Positions 61,708-64,000 of a stretch of 64,000 nucleotides of DNA are shown one piece after another. The notes beneath the pieces are model-generated. The model saw only the letters and a program-made list of their open reading frames with translations, was not told the DNA's origin and made no database searches. This DNA comes from an uncultured delta proteobacterium (lineage in GTDB: Bacteria; Myxococcota_A; Polyangia; Polyangiales; Polyangiaceae). The stretch spans positions 4,960,001-5,024,000 of the forward strand of contig CAWAIF010000003.1 in assembly GCA_963782055.1 (NCBI GenBank), given 5' to 3'. Numbering within the stretch: position 1 is the first letter of the stretch; every line of letters starts with the position of its first letter. The position numbers and the translations under genes are program-made.

Positions 61708-63897
61708 ATGTTGCTCCGGCGCTCCGCCCGCCTGCTCGCCGCCGCGATGGCCGCCTCTTCGGCACTCGCCAACGCCCGTTGCAGCAGCGAGCCTCCACCC
61801 GGGCCGGGCACCACCCGGGCGAGCGTGCTGGCTCACGACATTCCCGGCTACGACGCCCGCCCGCACACCACCTGCGTCGCCTTCCCCGCGCCGGCCGCGC
61901 CGGTGAAGATCGAGCCGGCGTTCGGGAGCTCGACGTTCACGTACCCCACGCGCGTGGTGCACCCCTCGTGGGGCGGCGCGCCGTTCTACGTCCTGGAGAA
62001 GAACGGCCTCATCAAGCGCGTGGAGGGCAAGGGCGACTCCGCGGTCGTCACCGTCTTCGCCGACCTCACCCCCCTGATCCCGATCGACGTCGACCCGAAC
62101 GAGAGCGGCGTGCTCGGCATGGCCTTCGACCCCAACTTCCAGCAGAACGGCCAGGTCTTCCTCTCGTACAGCCGCAAGTACACCGGCCCCGACCCCAACG
62201 TGCTCCTGCTGGGCGTCATCACGCGCGCCATCAGCAAGGACGGCGGCCTCACCCTCGACATGTCCACCCAGCAAGACGTGCTCGCCATCGACCGTCTCGC
62301 CATCGGCCACAACGGCGGCAACATCGCCTTCGGTCCGGACGGTTACCTGTACGCCGGCTTCGGCGACGGCAACTTCGGCGACTGGATGGGCAACGCCCAG
62401 AACGACGGCGCGCTGCTCGGCAAGGTGCTGCGCCTGGATGTGAGCGCCCAGCCCTACGCCATCCCCCCGGACAACCCCTTCGCGCAGGGAGGCGGTGCCC
62501 CGGAGATCTATGCCAAGGGCTTCCGCAACCCGTGGTGCTTCTCCTTCGACCCGCCCACAGGCGACCTGTGGCTCGGCGACGTCGGCCACGACAACTGGGA
62601 GGAGGTGGACGTCATCCACAACGGCGGCAACTACGGCTGGAACGTGACGGAGGGTGACCACTGCTTCGGCGAGGAGGACGACGAGTGCGACCAGGACGGC
62701 CTGACCAAGCCGCTCTTCGAGTACTCGCACCTCGATGGCGCCGCCATCACCGGCGGCTACGTCTACCGCGGCAAGGCGCTGCCCTCCCTCGCGGGCAAGT
62801 ACGTCTTCGGCGACTTCGGCTTCGGCACCATCTGGGAGCTCGACCAGGACGCGCTGACGCAGACGTACTTCAGCAAGGAGCTGCTCCCGACCGGCAAGTC
62901 CATCACCTCCTTCGCGACCGACGACGACGGCGAGCTCTACTTCACCGACATCGCCGGCGGCGTGGTCTACGAGCTGGTAGCCAACGACGTGACCGGCTCA
63001 CCGCCGCCCGGCCTGCTCAGCCAGACCGGCTGCGTCGACTCGGACGACCCGACGAAGGTCCCGCCCGGCGTCATCCCCTATGACGTCAACGTCTCCTTCT
63101 GGTCGGACGGCGCCGGCAAGGAGCGCTACCTCTCCGTCCCGGACGACGAGCACGCCACGGTGCTGCAGGACGGCGAGCTGGACCTCCCGGCCGGCTCGGT
63201 GCTGATGAAGACCTTCCTGCTCGGCGGCAAGCGCATCGAGACACGCCTGATGGTCCACCACGGGGACGTCGGCTGGGCCGGCTACACCTACGAGTGGAAC
63301 GACCAGCAGACCGACGCCACCCTCCTCGACGACGGCAAGGTGGCGCAGAAGAACGGGCAGGACTGGCTCTACCCCGGCCGCGCGCAGTGCATGTTCTGCC
63401 ACACCTCGGCCGCGAACCGGACGCTCGGCATGGAGCTAGACCAGCTCGACCGGGACCACACCTACCCCAACGGCCGCGTCGCCAACCAGCTCACCACCCT
63501 CTACGCCATCGGGGTGATCGCGCAGCCGCCGGACCCGCAGCTCGTGGTTCCCCTCGCGCCCATCGACTCCGACGCGCCGCTCAATCTGCGCGTGCGGAGC
63601 TGGCTCCACGTCAACTGCTCCAACTGTCACCGGCCCTCCGGTCCCGGCGGAGGCAGCGCGGACTTCCGCATCGACGGCCCGAGCACGCACCTCTGCAACG
63701 TGAGCCCCGTCGCCGGCGACCAGGGCGTCGCGGGCGCCAAGCTCGTGGTGCCGGGCGAGCCGGACCACTCGCTCGTGCTGCTGCGCGCGGGCACGCGCGA
63801 GTCGGGCAAGATGCCGCCGCTCGGCTCCTTCCGCGTCGACGACGAGGCGATGAGCGCGCTGGCCGGGTGGATCGCCGGCACGAGCGATTGCGAGTGA
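61708..63897 (+). CDS. PQQ-dependent glucose/sorbosone dehydrogenase-type propeller fused to a diheme cytochrome c domain
   Basis: HNGGNIAFGPDGYLY, GFRNPW, GGNYGW, ITGGYVYRG; then FWSDGAGKER, CMFCH, CSNCH, MPP. Confidence 0.88.
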   Translation: MLLRRSARLLAAAMAASSALANARCSSEPPPGPGTTRASVLAHDIPGYDARPHTTCVAFPAPAAPVKIEPAFGSSTFTYPTRVVHPSWGGAPFYVLEKNGLIKRVEGKGDSAVVTVFADLTPLIPIDVDPNESGVLGMAFDPNFQQNGQVFLSYSRKYTGPDPNVLLLGVITRAISKDGGLTLDMSTQQDVLAIDRLAIGHNGGNIAFGPDGYLYAGFGDGNFGDWMGNAQNDGALLGKVLRLDVSAQPYAIPPDNPFAQGGGAPEIYAKGFRNPWCFSFDPPTGDLWLGDVGHDNWEEVDVIHNGGNYGWNVTEGDHCFGEEDDECDQDGLTKPLFEYSHLDGAAITGGYVYRGKALPSLAGKYVFGDFGFGTIWELDQDALTQTYFSKELLPTGKSITSFATDDDGELYFTDIAGGVVYELVANDVTGSPPPGLLSQTGCVDSDDPTKVPPGVIPYDVNVSFWSDGAGKERYLSVPDDEHATVLQDGELDLPAGSVLMKTFLLGGKRIETRLMVHHGDVGWAGYTYEWNDQQTDATLLDDGKVAQKNGQDWLYPGRAQCMFCHTSAANRTLGMELDQLDRDHTYPNGRVANQLTTLYAIGVIAQPPDPQLVVPLAPIDSDAPLNLRVRSWLHVNCSNCHRPSGPGGGSADFRIDGPSTHLCNVSPVAGDQGVAGAKLVVPGEPDHSLVLLRAGTRESGKMPPLGSFRVDDEAMSALAGWIAGTSDCE

Positions 63898-64000
63898 CCG
63901 GCCGCAGGTGACGCGGGAATCCGCGGGGAGGTTCGTGTGTTGGAGACACGAATCCCAGCCCACACGGAAACATCGCCCATGCTGTATCGCAGTCTCGTCC

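Overview
A very GC-rich, gene-dense chromosomal segment. By inference from gene content (Hanks-type kinase with PEGA-like tail, many Cys-rich lipoproteins with DAG/DAS tails, sigma54 activator, ferritin-like proteins) it comes from a myxobacterium, probably Polyangiaceae-like. About 58 genes can be supported: housekeeping (partial icd, yebC-ruvC, lolA, CCA enzyme, pseudouridine synthase, DTW protein), envelope and secreted proteins, hydrolases, an orphan DNA methyltransferase, and a TetR-linked CoA-dehydratase activase pair. I saw no rRNA, tRNA, CRISPR array, transposase or integrase. Most long ORFs in the track are shadow frames. The best candidate for an undescribed system is at 33.9-37.1 kb. 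There a GAF-type sigma54 activator faces a -24/-12-like promoter ahead of two genes: an orphan HicB-like protein, and a lipoprotein with three ComEA-like HhH repeats fused to a NuiA-like nuclease-inhibitor domain. No cognate toxin or nuclease was seen in the window. Other leads are an active/dead transglutaminase-like pair, a diiron protein next to two paralogous Cys-rich proteins, a homopolymer frameshift in a Gre-family gene, and two hairpin-rich intergenic regions. All family calls come from motif recognition by eye, not database searches.
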